Below the pieces are notes generated by a model. That model was not told the origin of the DNA. It saw only the letters and a program-made list of their open reading frames with translations, and did no database searches. This document shows, piece by piece, positions 50,412-59,863 of a stretch of 64,000 nt of DNA. Source of the stretch: Pyrinomonadaceae bacterium (GTDB lineage: Bacteria; Acidobacteriota; Blastocatellia; Pyrinomonadales; Pyrinomonadaceae); contig DATFHD010000100.1 in NCBI GenBank assembly GCA_035248785.1, positions 328-64,327 of the forward strand. Direction: 5' to 3'. Position 1 is the first letter of the stretch, and every line of letters starts with the position of its first letter. The position numbers were made by a program, and so were the translations under genes.

Positions 50412-50810
50412 CCGCGCAATCGTAAACCGGAAGAGCGTGGGCCGTAAACAGTAAACCGTAAGAAGAGGAAGCCGCTGCTTTATCTTGTCAGGTTTTACAG
50501 TGGGGCCGGCCGGGGCGCCGCGTTTGAAGCAGCGGCGCGTAAGTCTAATGACTCGGCGTGAGTGAGGGCGAGAATTTCATTGACAATTAATTGGCCGGGG
50601 AGTAGAAGTACTGCGTCCCAAGAAAACGGCTGCGCCTTCTCAACCGGCGTAGCTTCACGGCAACCCTTTAACCTCGCGTTCAGTTAACGTTTTAGGCACG
50701 CAACCCGGATAGAGGTTACGTTGTCCGCAATCTTCACCGGCTTCCTTCAACGTCACGCTCCGCAGACTGAGTTGAGAGCTTCACGCAATCCACCGTAGGG
50801 GGTAACTGTC

Positions 50811-51335
50811 ATGAAAGCACCTATCGGAAAGGTTTATTACATCGCCGGCCTCTGTCTTATTACGCTGCTGATTATCGGCGGAGTCGTGGCCGTCGCGAGA
50901 CGCCAGCGAAGGCCGTTGCCGCCGGTCATCTCCAAGGTTAAGCAGCTCGAAGTGGCTAGCGTTATAGTCGAGGGGGCGGACGAAGAGACGGCGGTGGCCG
51001 TGATTGAAATAAGGAACACTTCCGATAAGGCTGTCATCGCCGTCGCGGTAGAGGTCGGCGATGGTAAAGACGCTTCGGGCACCAACCTTAACGGCATACG
51101 TGAAGGTGATTTGCCCCCTCTGGTCGTCATCGAACCCTACGGTTCGACAAAAGTCAGGTTCTCGCTCAGCAACCTGAAATTTTACAAGCCCGGTACGCCG
51201 ATTAAAATCGGCGGAGCTATGTTCGCCGACGGCGACGAGGAGGGCGATGAGGACACGCTGGGGACGATGCGCCGGCAGAAGGAGCATCAAAAAGCCAAGA
51301 AGCAAAAAAAGGAAGGAGCGACCTCACAGCAATGA
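50811..51335 (+). CDS. Membrane-anchored hypothetical protein
   Basis: N-terminal transmembrane segment [20 protein letters not shown] and a Lys-rich tail. Lower-GC DNA. The stop overlaps the next start (ATGA). Confidence 0.55.
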   Translation: MKAPIGKVYYIAGLCLITLLIIGGVVAVARRQRRPLPPVISKVKQLEVASVIVEGADEETAVAVIEIRNTSDKAVIAVAVEVGDGKDASGTNLNGIREGDLPPLVVIEPYGSTKVRFSLSNLKFYKPGTPIKIGGAMFADGDEEGDEDTLGTMRRQKEHQKAKKQKKEGATSQQ

Positions 51336-52492
51336 AACGGAGTCTAGTCATCGTAGCCTTGAGTGCGGCGTTACTGAGCGCGGTAGGCGGTATATACGTG
51401 TGGGCTCAGTGCGGCGACAGAGAGCAAGTGTACTCGGATGACACTAATGACATGAACTGTGATTATCATGTGCATACAACCTTTACAGTAACCAAACATT
51501 GGAGAATTTTCTGGACCGACGGCTATGAACGTGTCGACGCACATGCTACCGGTGTGGGAGGATGCTACGGGGGATTAATTACTAGCACAGTCTGCGACCC
51601 GATATTTGAACGGCCATACTGGAGTGTAAATACCAGCGGCTGGGGAGAGTGGAATCAAGTATCTAGAACAAGGGCCGTAGACAGCGATGGTACGAGTTGT
51701 ACGGAAAATACGTTTGCTAATAACTACCATCGCCATGCGTGCCCGACTCCGACACCTCCCCCCCCGGACTGCCTCAAGGGCAACTGTTCCTCTTCAGCCA
51801 AGGCGGAGTATCAATTCAGCGAGTCTCAACCAATCTGCAACGGCAGCGTAGACTATTGCACGTACCCCTACACGGGGGGCTGCCCCTCCGGCACCTACGC
51901 GTACAACTGGGAGGACACCTGCTGCTGCAACCACGCCCAGACCCCCGTCTTCATAGACGTGGCCGGCGATGGCATCGAGTTGACGAGCAGCGCCGACGGC
52001 GTCAACTTCAACCTCAACCGGGTCGGCATCAAGGAGCGGCTGGCGTGGACGGCGGCCGGGTCGGACGACGCACTATTGGTGCTCGACCGCGACGGCAACG
52101 GCACGATTGACGACGGCGGCGAGGTGTTCGGGAACTTCACCGAGCAGCCGGTGTCCGAGGAGCCGAACGGCTTCCTCGCGCTCGCCGAGTTCGACAAGCC
52201 GCAGAAGGGCGGAAACTCCGACGGCGTGATTGATTTCCGCGACCCGGTCTTCTTCTCCCTGCGCCTCTGGCAGGACACTAATCACAACGGCGTCTCCGAG
52301 CCGGGCGAGTTGCACCCGCTCGCGGAATTAGGGGTGGCGACGCTTGAGCTGGATTACAAGCTGTCGAAGCGGACTGACCGGTACGGCAACCAGTTCCGCT
52401 ACCGCGCGAAGTTGAAGGACGCGCACGGCGCGCAGGTCGGGCGGTGGGCGTGGGACGTGCTCCTCATGTCCGGCGGCGGCGGCGGGGGATAA
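51332..52492 (+). CDS. Secreted Cys-rich protein with C-terminal EF-hand-like Asp/Gly calcium-binding motifs
   Basis: Signal [20 protein letters not shown], about 18 Cys in the N-terminal half, [17 protein letters not shown] and [12 protein letters not shown] motifs, and [15 protein letters not shown]. Confidence 0.6.
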   Translation: MKRSLVIVALSAALLSAVGGIYVWAQCGDREQVYSDDTNDMNCDYHVHTTFTVTKHWRIFWTDGYERVDAHATGVGGCYGGLITSTVCDPIFERPYWSVNTSGWGEWNQVSRTRAVDSDGTSCTENTFANNYHRHACPTPTPPPPDCLKGNCSSSAKAEYQFSESQPICNGSVDYCTYPYTGGCPSGTYAYNWEDTCCCNHAQTPVFIDVAGDGIELTSSADGVNFNLNRVGIKERLAWTAAGSDDALLVLDRDGNGTIDDGGEVFGNFTEQPVSEEPNGFLALAEFDKPQKGGNSDGVIDFRDPVFFSLRLWQDTNHNGVSEPGELHPLAELGVATLELDYKLSKRTDRYGNQFRYRAKLKDAHGAQVGRWAWDVLLMSGGGGGG

Positions 52493-52581
52493 CAACTAAT
52501 TGGAGCTTGGCACGCCGGGCCGCCACGTGGCTGACGGGGCCGCCGCGATACCCTGAAGGGGCCGCGGCGGCCCTTTACCGT

Positions 52582-53016
52582 TTACGGCTCGCGCCGCTCG
52601 GCTATCGCGTCGGCGAGCGACTGCAAGCCGTCGCGTATGCTCTGCTCGAACATGGGGCCAAGTAGCGGCGCGGCCGCCGCGGCGTGCGGCCCCGTGAGCG
52701 TGACGCGCTGTCGCAGGCGCGTGCGGCTCTCGGAGACGGGCTCGAAGCTCATCTCGAAGCGGAAGGTCACGCCGGGCATCTCGGCTTCGAGGACGGCGCG
52801 CTCGGCCGCGCGCGACTCCGCGACGCGGCTGCGCACGAACGGCAGGTCGAGGTGCTCAGCGTCGCCCACGGCGCCCGACGCCAGAACGTCGTCGGTCGTC
52901 ACCCAATCGGTGGACTGGTCTGCGTGCCAGTTCCCGCCCTTCGTCCAGAACTCCCAAGCCGTCTCGGCCGACGCGTTGACCTCGACGCTGTGCTCGAACT
53001 CGAAGGGCGGCTGCAT
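52582..53016 (-). CDS. SRPBCC (START/polyketide cyclase-like) family protein
   Basis: FEHSVEVNASAETAWEFWTKGGNW is a typical SRPBCC N-terminus. Confidence 0.65.
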   Translation of the reverse strand: MQPPFEFEHSVEVNASAETAWEFWTKGGNWHADQSTDWVTTDDVLASGAVGDAEHLDLPFVRSRVAESRAAERAVLEAEMPGVTFRFEMSFEPVSESRTRLRQRVTLTGPHAAAAAPLLGPMFEQSIRDGLQSLADAIAERREP

Positions 53017-53037
53017 GGTCGGAAAAACTCCCCGGCT

Positions 53038-53808
53038 TCAGTCCTGTAGCACGCGCAGCATCGCTTCGTGGACGAGGCCGTTGCTGGCGGCGATGTGCGA
53101 GGCGTAGATATGGAAGGGCGAGCCGTCGTAGTGCGTGACGCGGCCGCCGGCCTCCTCGACGAGCAGCACGCCCGCGGCCACGTCCCAAGGGCGCAGGCCC
53201 TCCTCGTAAAAGCCCTCGAAGCGGCCCGCGGCGACGTAGGCGAGGTCGAGCGCGGCGGCGCCGTCGCGGCGGACTGACTGCGCCTGCATGATGAAGGCTC
53301 GGAAGTGGCGCGCGAAGTCGCCGCGCTCGCGCACGTCGTAGGGGAAGCCGGTGCAGACGAGCGCGCGGTTCAGGTCGTCTGTGTCGGAGGCGCGCAGCGG
53401 GCGGCCGTTGAGGGTCGCGCCCGAGCCGCGTTCGGCTGCGAACAACTCGTCGCGCGTCGGGTCGTAGACGACGCCGACGACGATGCGGCCCTCGTGTTCG
53501 AGCGCGACCGAGACGCAGAAGGTCGGGTAGCCGTGCGCGTAGTTGGTCGTGCCGTCGAGCGGGTCAATGATCCACTTGTACTCGGCGCCGGGCGCGCCCG
53601 CCTCCTTCACGTCGCCCGACTCTTCGGTGAGTATCGCGTGGCGCGGGTGGTAGCTGCGTATGCGCTCGACGATGAGCCGCTCGGCCGCGAGGTCGGCCTC
53701 GGTCACGAGGTCTATGTCGCCCTTGTTCGAGACCTGTAGCGCGCGCCCGAACTTGTCGGCGAGCACCTGCCCGGCCTCTCTCGCAATCTGGACGGCGAAG
53801 TCGAGCAC
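53038..53808 (-). CDS. Inositol monophosphatase family protein (SuhB-like)
   Basis: AILTEESGD, WIIDPLDGTTNYAHG, and a WDVAAG-type C-terminal motif. Confidence 0.9.
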   Translation of the reverse strand: MLDFAVQIAREAGQVLADKFGRALQVSNKGDIDLVTEADLAAERLIVERIRSYHPRHAILTEESGDVKEAGAPGAEYKWIIDPLDGTTNYAHGYPTFCVSVALEHEGRIVVGVVYDPTRDELFAAERGSGATLNGRPLRASDTDDLNRALVCTGFPYDVRERGDFARHFRAFIMQAQSVRRDGAAALDLAYVAAGRFEGFYEEGLRPWDVAAGVLLVEEAGGRVTHYDGSPFHIYASHIAASNGLVHEAMLRVLQD

Positions 53809-53809
53809 G

Positions 53810-55135
53810 TCACTTCTCCTTCAATACGGGGACGATCTCGGTCTGGATGGGCTGGCCCGTGACTTCGACATCCTTGTCCGAGACGTAGACGTTGATTTCG
53901 GAGCGGACGCCGAAGCGGCCTTCGAGGTAGATGCCGGGCTCGATGGAGAAGCACGTGCGCGCGATGACGCGGCGCGAATCTCTGGTCTCGAAGTCGTCTA
54001 TGTTGGCGCCGTTGCCGTGGCCCTCTTCGCCGATGGAGTGGCCGGTGCGGTGCGTGAACTGCGGGCCGTAGCCGGCGCGCTTGATGACTCCGCGCGAAAC
54101 GTCGTCAACCTCCGCGGCGCGTATGCTCCGGCCTTCGCGCACGGCCCTGCGGACGAAGTCTGTGGCGGAGTCGCGCGCCTCCTTCACGATGTTGAAGACC
54201 TTGACGTACTCGTCGGGCACCGTGTCGCCGACGTAGCCGACCCACGTCTGGTCGGCGACGATGGAGCCGGGCTTGTCCAGCTTCTCGGAGATGTCGAAGA
54301 GGACGAAGTCGCCGCGGCGGATGGGGGCGCTGCGTTCGGCGGTGGGGGAGTAGTGCGGGTTGGCCGTGTTCGCGCCGACCGACACGTCGCCGCCGCCCGC
54401 CGTCATCCCCTCTTCACTGAGGCGGCGTGCGATGAACTGCTGGATTTCGTACTCGGTCGGCGTCTCGTTGTTTCTGATTCTGCGCGCGATCTCTGCGAAG
54501 CCCTCCATGATGACCTTGTGGAGCTTGTCGGCGGCCTCGCGGTGCGTTTCGAGTTGCTCGGGCGTGAGCACGGCCTCGAACTGCTGGACGAGGTCTGCGC
54601 TGGTGACGACCGAGACGCCGCTCATCGAGCGGACTAGCTCCAAGGTGCCCGCGTCCACGCGCGCGACGTAGGGGATGTCGCCCATGGGTGAATACTGCAT
54701 GGCGATCTTCTTGAGTACGACGCGCTTGTTCTGAAGTCCGCCCGAGGCGAGCGCGTCGCGCAGTCCGGCGTGCAACTCTTGCCAGCTCGCGTAGATGATC
54801 TTGCGGCCGGGCAGCGCGTCGAGTCGGTAGCGCTCGATTGAATGTACGAGGCGCACGGGCTCGCCGACGACGGGGACGTAGTAGAACCAGCGGCGCGTGG
54901 TGACGCCGGTCGTCGGCAGTTTAAGTATCCTGTAGGCGAGCGGGTCGCTGCGGCGGAAGTCGTAGAAGAGCCAGCCGTCGAGCCCCGCCTCGCGCAGCGC
55001 CGCCTGAATCTCTCGGACGCGCGCCGACTGCTCCTCGCCCGGCCGCGCCTCCTGCGCGCGCGCTGCGCCCGCCGAAAGGACGAGTGTGAGCGCCGCGAGT
55101 GCGAACGCGGCGAGTCTGTCGTGTCTCGTTCTCAT
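53810..55135 (-). CDS. M24-family metallopeptidase (Xaa-Pro aminopeptidase-like) with a signal peptide
   Basis: HRTGHSIGEEGHGNGANID, FSIEPGIY, and an N-terminal signal AALTLVLSAGAARA. Confidence 0.8.
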   Translation of the reverse strand: MRTRHDRLAAFALAALTLVLSAGAARAQEARPGEEQSARVREIQAALREAGLDGWLFYDFRRSDPLAYRILKLPTTGVTTRRWFYYVPVVGEPVRLVHSIERYRLDALPGRKIIYASWQELHAGLRDALASGGLQNKRVVLKKIAMQYSPMGDIPYVARVDAGTLELVRSMSGVSVVTSADLVQQFEAVLTPEQLETHREAADKLHKVIMEGFAEIARRIRNNETPTEYEIQQFIARRLSEEGMTAGGGDVSVGANTANPHYSPTAERSAPIRRGDFVLFDISEKLDKPGSIVADQTWVGYVGDTVPDEYVKVFNIVKEARDSATDFVRRAVREGRSIRAAEVDDVSRGVIKRAGYGPQFTHRTGHSIGEEGHGNGANIDDFETRDSRRVIARTCFSIEPGIYLEGRFGVRSEINVYVSDKDVEVTGQPIQTEIVPVLKEK

Positions 55136-55156
55136 ATTGTCCTTATACCACTTTCA

Positions 55157-56254
55157 CTACTCGTAAAGCTTACGCAGCGTCGCGCGCCAAGACGAGTGTT
55201 GGAGGAGGTCTGTGCTGTCGCTGAACTGGTCAACGCTTCCGATGGGGCGGCGCGAGGCGATGCGGCGCACGCGCTCGTCCGAGATGAGCGCGAAGAGCGA
55301 GCCGGGGAAGCCGTGGAGCGCGATGACCTTGAAGGGGCGGCCGAAGAAGTCGCGCGGCTCCGTGGGCAGAGGCTCTGTGAGGCCGAGCGTGTTGTGCATC
55401 CCGGCCACGACGCGGTAGGCGTCCGCGAGGTGCCGCTCGCGCTCCTGCCACGTCTCGGCGGAGAGCGCCGCGCGCAGGTGCGGCGAGAGTCGCACGGCAC
55501 AGCCCAACTGCATGAAGGCCGTGCCGAACCACTTCGCGTAGGGCGCGTAAGTCCGCTCCATCAGGAAGCAGAGCCGCATCAGGTCGCGCACGAGCCGCGC
55601 GCCGATGAGGGCCGAGCCTATCTCGTCGCCGACCATCCCCGCGCGCCCCATCAAGTGCTCCTCCTGCCCGACGCGCACCCACGCGGCGGCGAGCAGATAG
55701 AGCCAGAGGTCGTGCGGGTAGTAGGCGAAGCGGCGGCGCACGTCTTCGAGTCCGATACGGTCGTGGAAGACCGCGCCCGACGTGATGGTGCGGAGCTTCT
55801 GCTCGGGGAAGGTGAGCCAGTCGGCAGGCTCAAGCTCCTGTCTGATGTCGAAGGCGAGGTAGCTCTCGAAGAAGCCGCGCGGCGTCATCAGATCAACCCT
55901 GTGGTTGACCGGCCCCGCATCCTTCTCGACCAAGTGCTTCACGCCGCCGCCGGCCGCGTCCGGCTCGGTGAAATTCGTCGGGTAGCCGCGGAAGCGGCGC
56001 GGGAGTTTGTGGCCGAGCGTCACGCGGACGGCCTCGCGCGCGGCTTCGTAGTCGTCCTCTCCGACAAACAGATCAACGCGCGGCCCCCACTCGTGATCCG
56101 CGCTCATCTCCGTGTCGAAGCCGAGCACTTCGGAGCCCGTGCCGAGCCGCGCCGCCGCGTAGCGGAGGGCGGGGAACTCCGCTTCGAGGACGGGCCTCAC
56201 GGCCTCCTCGAAGAAGAGGCGGCTCAACTCAAGTCCCTTGACGAACTCCGTCAT
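55157..56254 (-). CDS. Hypothetical protein, DUF4037/nucleotidyltransferase-like
   Basis: GTGSEVLGFDTEMSADHEWGPRVDLFV resembles DUF4037-family N-termini. The assignment is from memory only. Confidence 0.5.
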   Translation of the reverse strand: MTEFVKGLELSRLFFEEAVRPVLEAEFPALRYAAARLGTGSEVLGFDTEMSADHEWGPRVDLFVGEDDYEAAREAVRVTLGHKLPRRFRGYPTNFTEPDAAGGGVKHLVEKDAGPVNHRVDLMTPRGFFESYLAFDIRQELEPADWLTFPEQKLRTITSGAVFHDRIGLEDVRRRFAYYPHDLWLYLLAAAWVRVGQEEHLMGRAGMVGDEIGSALIGARLVRDLMRLCFLMERTYAPYAKWFGTAFMQLGCAVRLSPHLRAALSAETWQERERHLADAYRVVAGMHNTLGLTEPLPTEPRDFFGRPFKVIALHGFPGSLFALISDERVRRIASRRPIGSVDQFSDSTDLLQHSSWRATLRKLYE

Positions 56255-56260
56255 CTCCGT

Positions 56261-57616
56261 TCAGTAGAGCGAGCCGGGGCGGCGCGTGCCTAAGAGCGCC
56301 GGGTTCTTCTCCGCAATCGCCGACGCTGGCGTGCGCCTGTCCGTGTAGAGCGAGACGCGCGCGAAGTTGTGCGCGGCCAAGCCGGCGTGAAAGACGATGC
56401 CGCAGGCGAGGAAGACGGCAGCGAAGACGCGCCAGCCGCGCCTTCGCAGAAGCGCGTCCCAGGAGTAGAAGCCGTAGAGGGCCGCGACGGGGAAGGTAAC
56501 ATAAAACGTGTGCGAGGCGGGCAGCTTCGCCGTGAAGGTGAAGAGCGCGCAGAGCAGCACGACTGTCAACAGCGTCAGCCTCTTCACCTGCGGCCAGTCT
56601 TCGCGCGCGGTCTTCCTACGGAACCAGAGGACGACCATCGCCGCGGGCTGCAAGAGCCCCACGACGCCTAGAAAAACCGCGAGCGGCGCGAGCCAGAGGT
56701 TCTCGCGCAGGAAGGCCACGCGCTCGGCCGTGTTGCGTCCGACGAAGCGCGCCAGCTCCATGCTCGCCAGAGAGAGGAAGCGCGCCGGCACGCCCTCGAC
56801 CGGGTTCAGCACGCGCGCGAAGTTCTTGAAGTTCGCCGCGAACATCTCGCCCGTCCCGCCCGAGCCGGTCGTCACACCGTACTTCAGAAAAGTCGGCGCG
56901 AGCGTCCACGCCGTCAGCAGCGCCCCGCACGCGGCGAGGCCGAGCGACGGCAGCGCTTCCGTCCCCCCTTCACTTAACTGGAAGTAGACCGACGCCAGCA
57001 GGAACGGCACCAGCACGACCCACGAGAGATGTAGCTGCATCACCCAGAAGAGCGCGGCGCCCATCATCAAATTGCAGAGCCACGCGGGGACGAGCCCCTT
57101 TCGCGTCGCGGGGATGGTTTCGAGCGCGCCGACGAAGAAGAGGACTGCGCCGGGCAGCACGTAAGAGGGGTTGACGACGTGCGTCGAGAAGTTGAGCGTC
57201 CAAGGCGCCGTCAGCAGCCAGCCCCAGACGAACCAGCGCGGCGTCCCCGGCAGGCGCCGCGCGCAGTACCACGCGAACAGGCAGAGCGCCGCGAACGACA
57301 TCAAGTTGAGCGGGACGTACGGCGCCTCGGGCACGGGCGCGGCGTAGAACGGGAGCCCGACGAGCAGACCTTGCAGCGCGCCCGGCACCTGCACGCCCGC
57401 CGCCACGTCCGGGCCGAAGTAGGGCCACGCGCCCGTCGAGTAGAACTTCAAACCGATGAGGTAGACCTGCCGCTCGTCGTCGGCCCAGAACTGCGAGCAG
57501 AGCCCGTAGCCCAGACGGAAGAGGAACGCGGCGGCGAGCAGCGCGACGAGCAGACGCCTCCGCGCCGCCCGCCCCGCCCCGTCACTCTTCCGAACGTCGG
57601 CGTCGCTCCGGCTCAC
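56261..57616 (-). CDS. Polytopic membrane protein (GT-C/ArnT-like glycosyltransferase suspected)
   Basis: About 11 hydrophobic segments. No soluble domain recognised. Confidence 0.5.
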   Translation of the reverse strand: MSRSDADVRKSDGAGRAARRRLLVALLAAAFLFRLGYGLCSQFWADDERQVYLIGLKFYSTGAWPYFGPDVAAGVQVPGALQGLLVGLPFYAAPVPEAPYVPLNLMSFAALCLFAWYCARRLPGTPRWFVWGWLLTAPWTLNFSTHVVNPSYVLPGAVLFFVGALETIPATRKGLVPAWLCNLMMGAALFWVMQLHLSWVVLVPFLLASVYFQLSEGGTEALPSLGLAACGALLTAWTLAPTFLKYGVTTGSGGTGEMFAANFKNFARVLNPVEGVPARFLSLASMELARFVGRNTAERVAFLRENLWLAPLAVFLGVVGLLQPAAMVVLWFRRKTAREDWPQVKRLTLLTVVLLCALFTFTAKLPASHTFYVTFPVAALYGFYSWDALLRRRGWRVFAAVFLACGIVFHAGLAAHNFARVSLYTDRRTPASAIAEKNPALLGTRRPGSLY

Positions 57617-57660
57617 GTGGATTCAGAAGCTCAAATCTGAAATTTCAAATCTTCAATTCT
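57617..57660. repeat. AT-rich heptad-repeat imperfect hairpin, GATTTSA family, copy 2 (opposite orientation to copy 1)
   Basis: GATTCAG AAGCTCA AATCTGA AATTTCA AATCTTC AATTCTT. Its reverse complement contains GATTTGAAATTTCAGATTTGA, compared with GATTTCAGATTTGAAATTTGA at 19405-19452. Confidence 0.7.
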
Positions 57661-58594
57661 TAGCGGGCGCGAGGCGTTCGGCGGCGAGGCGCAGAACCTC
57701 CCGCACCTGCCTGTCCCAGTAGGGCCAACTGTGCGTGCCGGGAAGCTCGCGGAACTCGTGCGGCACCTTCTTCTCGATGAGCAGGGCGGAGAAGTCGCGG
57801 CTGTTCGTGATGAGGAAGTCTTCGGTGCCGCAGTCGAGGTAGAGGAAGGGCAGCGCCTTCACTTGCTCGGGCGTCAGCTCCTTCGCGATGCGGTAGATGT
57901 CGTTGTCGCGGCGCACGGCGCTGCCCGCGTCGCCGTAGACCCTGACGACGGACGGACGTACGAAGTCGGGTATGCGCTGGTCTGGCGTCCAAGAGGCGAC
58001 GGCCAGCGCGCCGCTCATCGAGCCGGCGAAGGCGAAAAGCTCCGGGTGCTTCAGCGCGAACTTCAACGAGCCGTAGCCGCCCATCGAGAGCCCCGCCACC
58101 GCGCGCCCCTCGCGCGTGGATAGGGTGCGGAAGCGGCGGTCAACGTCCGGTATCAACTCCTGCACGAAATAACTCTCGAACTTCGCGTTCGGCTCGGGGC
58201 CGTCCGTGTACCAAGCGTCCTTACCCTCGGGCACGACGATGATGAAGGGGTAGCTTGCGGCGTAGTCGGCGAGGTGCGCGCGCTCCGAGACCCAGTCGCC
58301 CGCGCTCCCGCCGAGCCCGTGCAGGAGGTAGAGGACAGGGTAGCGCTTCGACTTCGACGAGCCGCGTTTGTAGTCGGCCGGCAGGATGACGTTGTAGGGG
58401 AGCGGCGCGCCGACGAGTCGGCTGTCGAACTGCACAGTCTCGTAGCGGCGCGGCCCTTCCTTCTTCTTCTCGTCCTTCTTCTTCTCGGTCTGAGCCTGCG
58501 GCGCGTTCTGCGCGGGAGTCGCCTGCGCGTGCGCGTGCGTCGAAGACAGGAGCAGTGCGAAGACGAGGAAGAGAGTTCTCGTTATTTTATCCAT
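57653..58594 (-). CDS. Secreted esterase-family alpha/beta hydrolase (esterase D / putative esterase type)
   Basis: PVLYLLHGLGGSAGDW and GLSMGGYGSLKFAL (nucleophile elbow), with an N-terminal signal peptide. Confidence 0.8.
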   Translation of the reverse strand: MDKITRTLFLVFALLLSSTHAHAQATPAQNAPQAQTEKKKDEKKKEGPRRYETVQFDSRLVGAPLPYNVILPADYKRGSSKSKRYPVLYLLHGLGGSAGDWVSERAHLADYAASYPFIIVVPEGKDAWYTDGPEPNAKFESYFVQELIPDVDRRFRTLSTREGRAVAGLSMGGYGSLKFALKHPELFAFAGSMSGALAVASWTPDQRIPDFVRPSVVRVYGDAGSAVRRDNDIYRIAKELTPEQVKALPFLYLDCGTEDFLITNSRDFSALLIEKKVPHEFRELPGTHSWPYWDRQVREVLRLAAERLAPAKN

Positions 58595-58654
58595 CGCGTT
58601 TGCGCGTGTGTGCCTGTAGGTTTTGCCCGGCCCGAGTCTTTGAGGCGGAAGGCT

Positions 58655-59239
58655 TCAGCGGGCGTCGGCCTTCGCCTTCTTCCGCGCGGCCTTCTCTGTC
58701 TTCCGCTCCGCCTCCGTGCGGTGTATCGCGTCCTCCGCGGCGCGGCCCGTGCGCGAGAGCCGCACGTAGAGCAGGTAGGCGACGATGACCGCGTTGAAGA
58801 AGAGGACGAGGCCGCGCAGGTGCGTCGGCTGCTCGAACAACTCGTACAACTCCACGGGCAGGTAGAGGCAGCCCGACAGTATGGCGAACCACTCGGCCCA
58901 CGCGCGCATGTGCCAGAGCCCGTAAGCCTCGACGAAGCGCACGACCGAGTAGGCGAAGGCGAGCGCCGCCAGCGTCCGCAAACGCGTGTCGTTCATACGC
59001 GACGCGGCCTCGACGAAGACGCGCGGGTAGTGGCTCGCCGGGTCTAGATGAGAATGGCGCACCAGACGCTCGGCCAAGTCTTCCAAGTCGCGGTGTACAA
59101 GCGACAGCAGCCCGAAGCCCGCGACCAGCACGAGCGTCCCCTTCAACGCCTCGAACAGCGCCACGGCGCGCACGCCCGCGGCGATCTCCGTCACCGTCCG
59201 CGGCTTCGGCATGTAAGGTTCAGTCGCAGACATCTTCAA
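58655..59239 (-). CDS. DUF2127 membrane protein
   Basis: ALFEALKGTLVLVAGFGLLSLVH...AFAYSVVRFVEAYGLWHMRAWAEWFAILSGCLYLPVELYEL. Confidence 0.7.
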   Translation of the reverse strand: MKMSATEPYMPKPRTVTEIAAGVRAVALFEALKGTLVLVAGFGLLSLVHRDLEDLAERLVRHSHLDPASHYPRVFVEAASRMNDTRLRTLAALAFAYSVVRFVEAYGLWHMRAWAEWFAILSGCLYLPVELYELFEQPTHLRGLVLFFNAVIVAYLLYVRLSRTGRAAEDAIHRTEAERKTEKAARKKAKADAR

Positions 59240-59328
59240 GGATTCCGTTAATCGTTCAAATGACCGGTGTTATCACACCAATATTGAGCGAAGCACAATA
59301 CGTTAATTTTGCATAACCTTCTGCCCAA

Positions 59329-59679
59329 TTGTATAAGATGCGTATGTGTGCGGCATCCTCAGACCGAAATCTACTTGCGGACGATGAGACGTGGGCGGCC
59401 ATCCTTGAGCCGTCTTTGTGCGAGGACGACGCCGCTGTGGAAATTTTGGCGCGTCTTCTCTTAACCATTAGGAAGGCGATTGAAAGTGGGCCAGATGGGG
59501 CCGGTCGCGCGAGCCTTACACTTCTGCGTGGAGTCGAGTTAATGTACCTTTACACCGACGCGCACAGGGCAGCCCTCAAATTGTACATCCTCTCGCTGGA
59601 AGGGATACTTAAGCCCAAGGATGAACCACTCAACCTCATCAACGCGGCGATTGAAAGGGGATTAAGCGAGTCACGCTAG
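59329..59679 (+). CDS. Hypothetical helical protein (weak call)
   Basis: 116-aa ORF in a lower-GC patch with non-shadow composition. It overlaps the 3' end of the HicB-like gene by ~40 nt. Confidence 0.3.
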   Translation: MYKMRMCAASSDRNLLADDETWAAILEPSLCEDDAAVEILARLLLTIRKAIESGPDGAGRASLTLLRGVELMYLYTDAHRAALKLYILSLEGILKPKDEPLNLINAAIERGLSESR

Positions 59680-59848
59680 TCAAGACCTCTGACCCGAAGG
59701 TCTCGACGTGAAAGCGTATCGCCGACTCCACGTCGGCCAGCGCCTCTTCGCGACTTTGACCCTCGCCCACGACGACGCCCTTCAGGCCGAGCGGGTAAGC
59801 GACGTAGCCGTCCGGATGTTTCTCGACGATGATTTTTACTTTCCTCAT
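59639..59848 (-). CDS. HicB-like (UPF0150) antitoxin-fold protein
   Basis: MRKVKIIVEKHPDGYVAYPLGLKGVVVGEGQSREEALADVESAIRFHVE matches the HicB N-terminal-domain pattern. Starts 16 nt after the hutU stop. Confidence 0.7.
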   Translation of the reverse strand: MRKVKIIVEKHPDGYVAYPLGLKGVVVGEGQSREEALADVESAIRFHVETFGSEVLTSVTRLIPFQSPR

Positions 59849-59863
59849 TTCTTCAATCCTATC

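Noticed and set aside
50580-50608. TTGACA, 17 nt, TAGAAG as a promoter for the 50811 operon.
   Set aside because: The -10 hexamer is poor (it lacks the invariant final T) and would leave a ~200-nt leader. The evidence is too weak to list as a feature.
59256-59640. Searched for a HicA toxin ORF next to the HicB-like gene, including the 70-aa minus-strand ORF at 59256-59468 and a 29-aa ORF overlapping the hicB-like stop.
   Set aside because: Neither resembles HicA (no basic double-stranded-RNA-binding-like pattern or GSH motif). They are not reported as genes.
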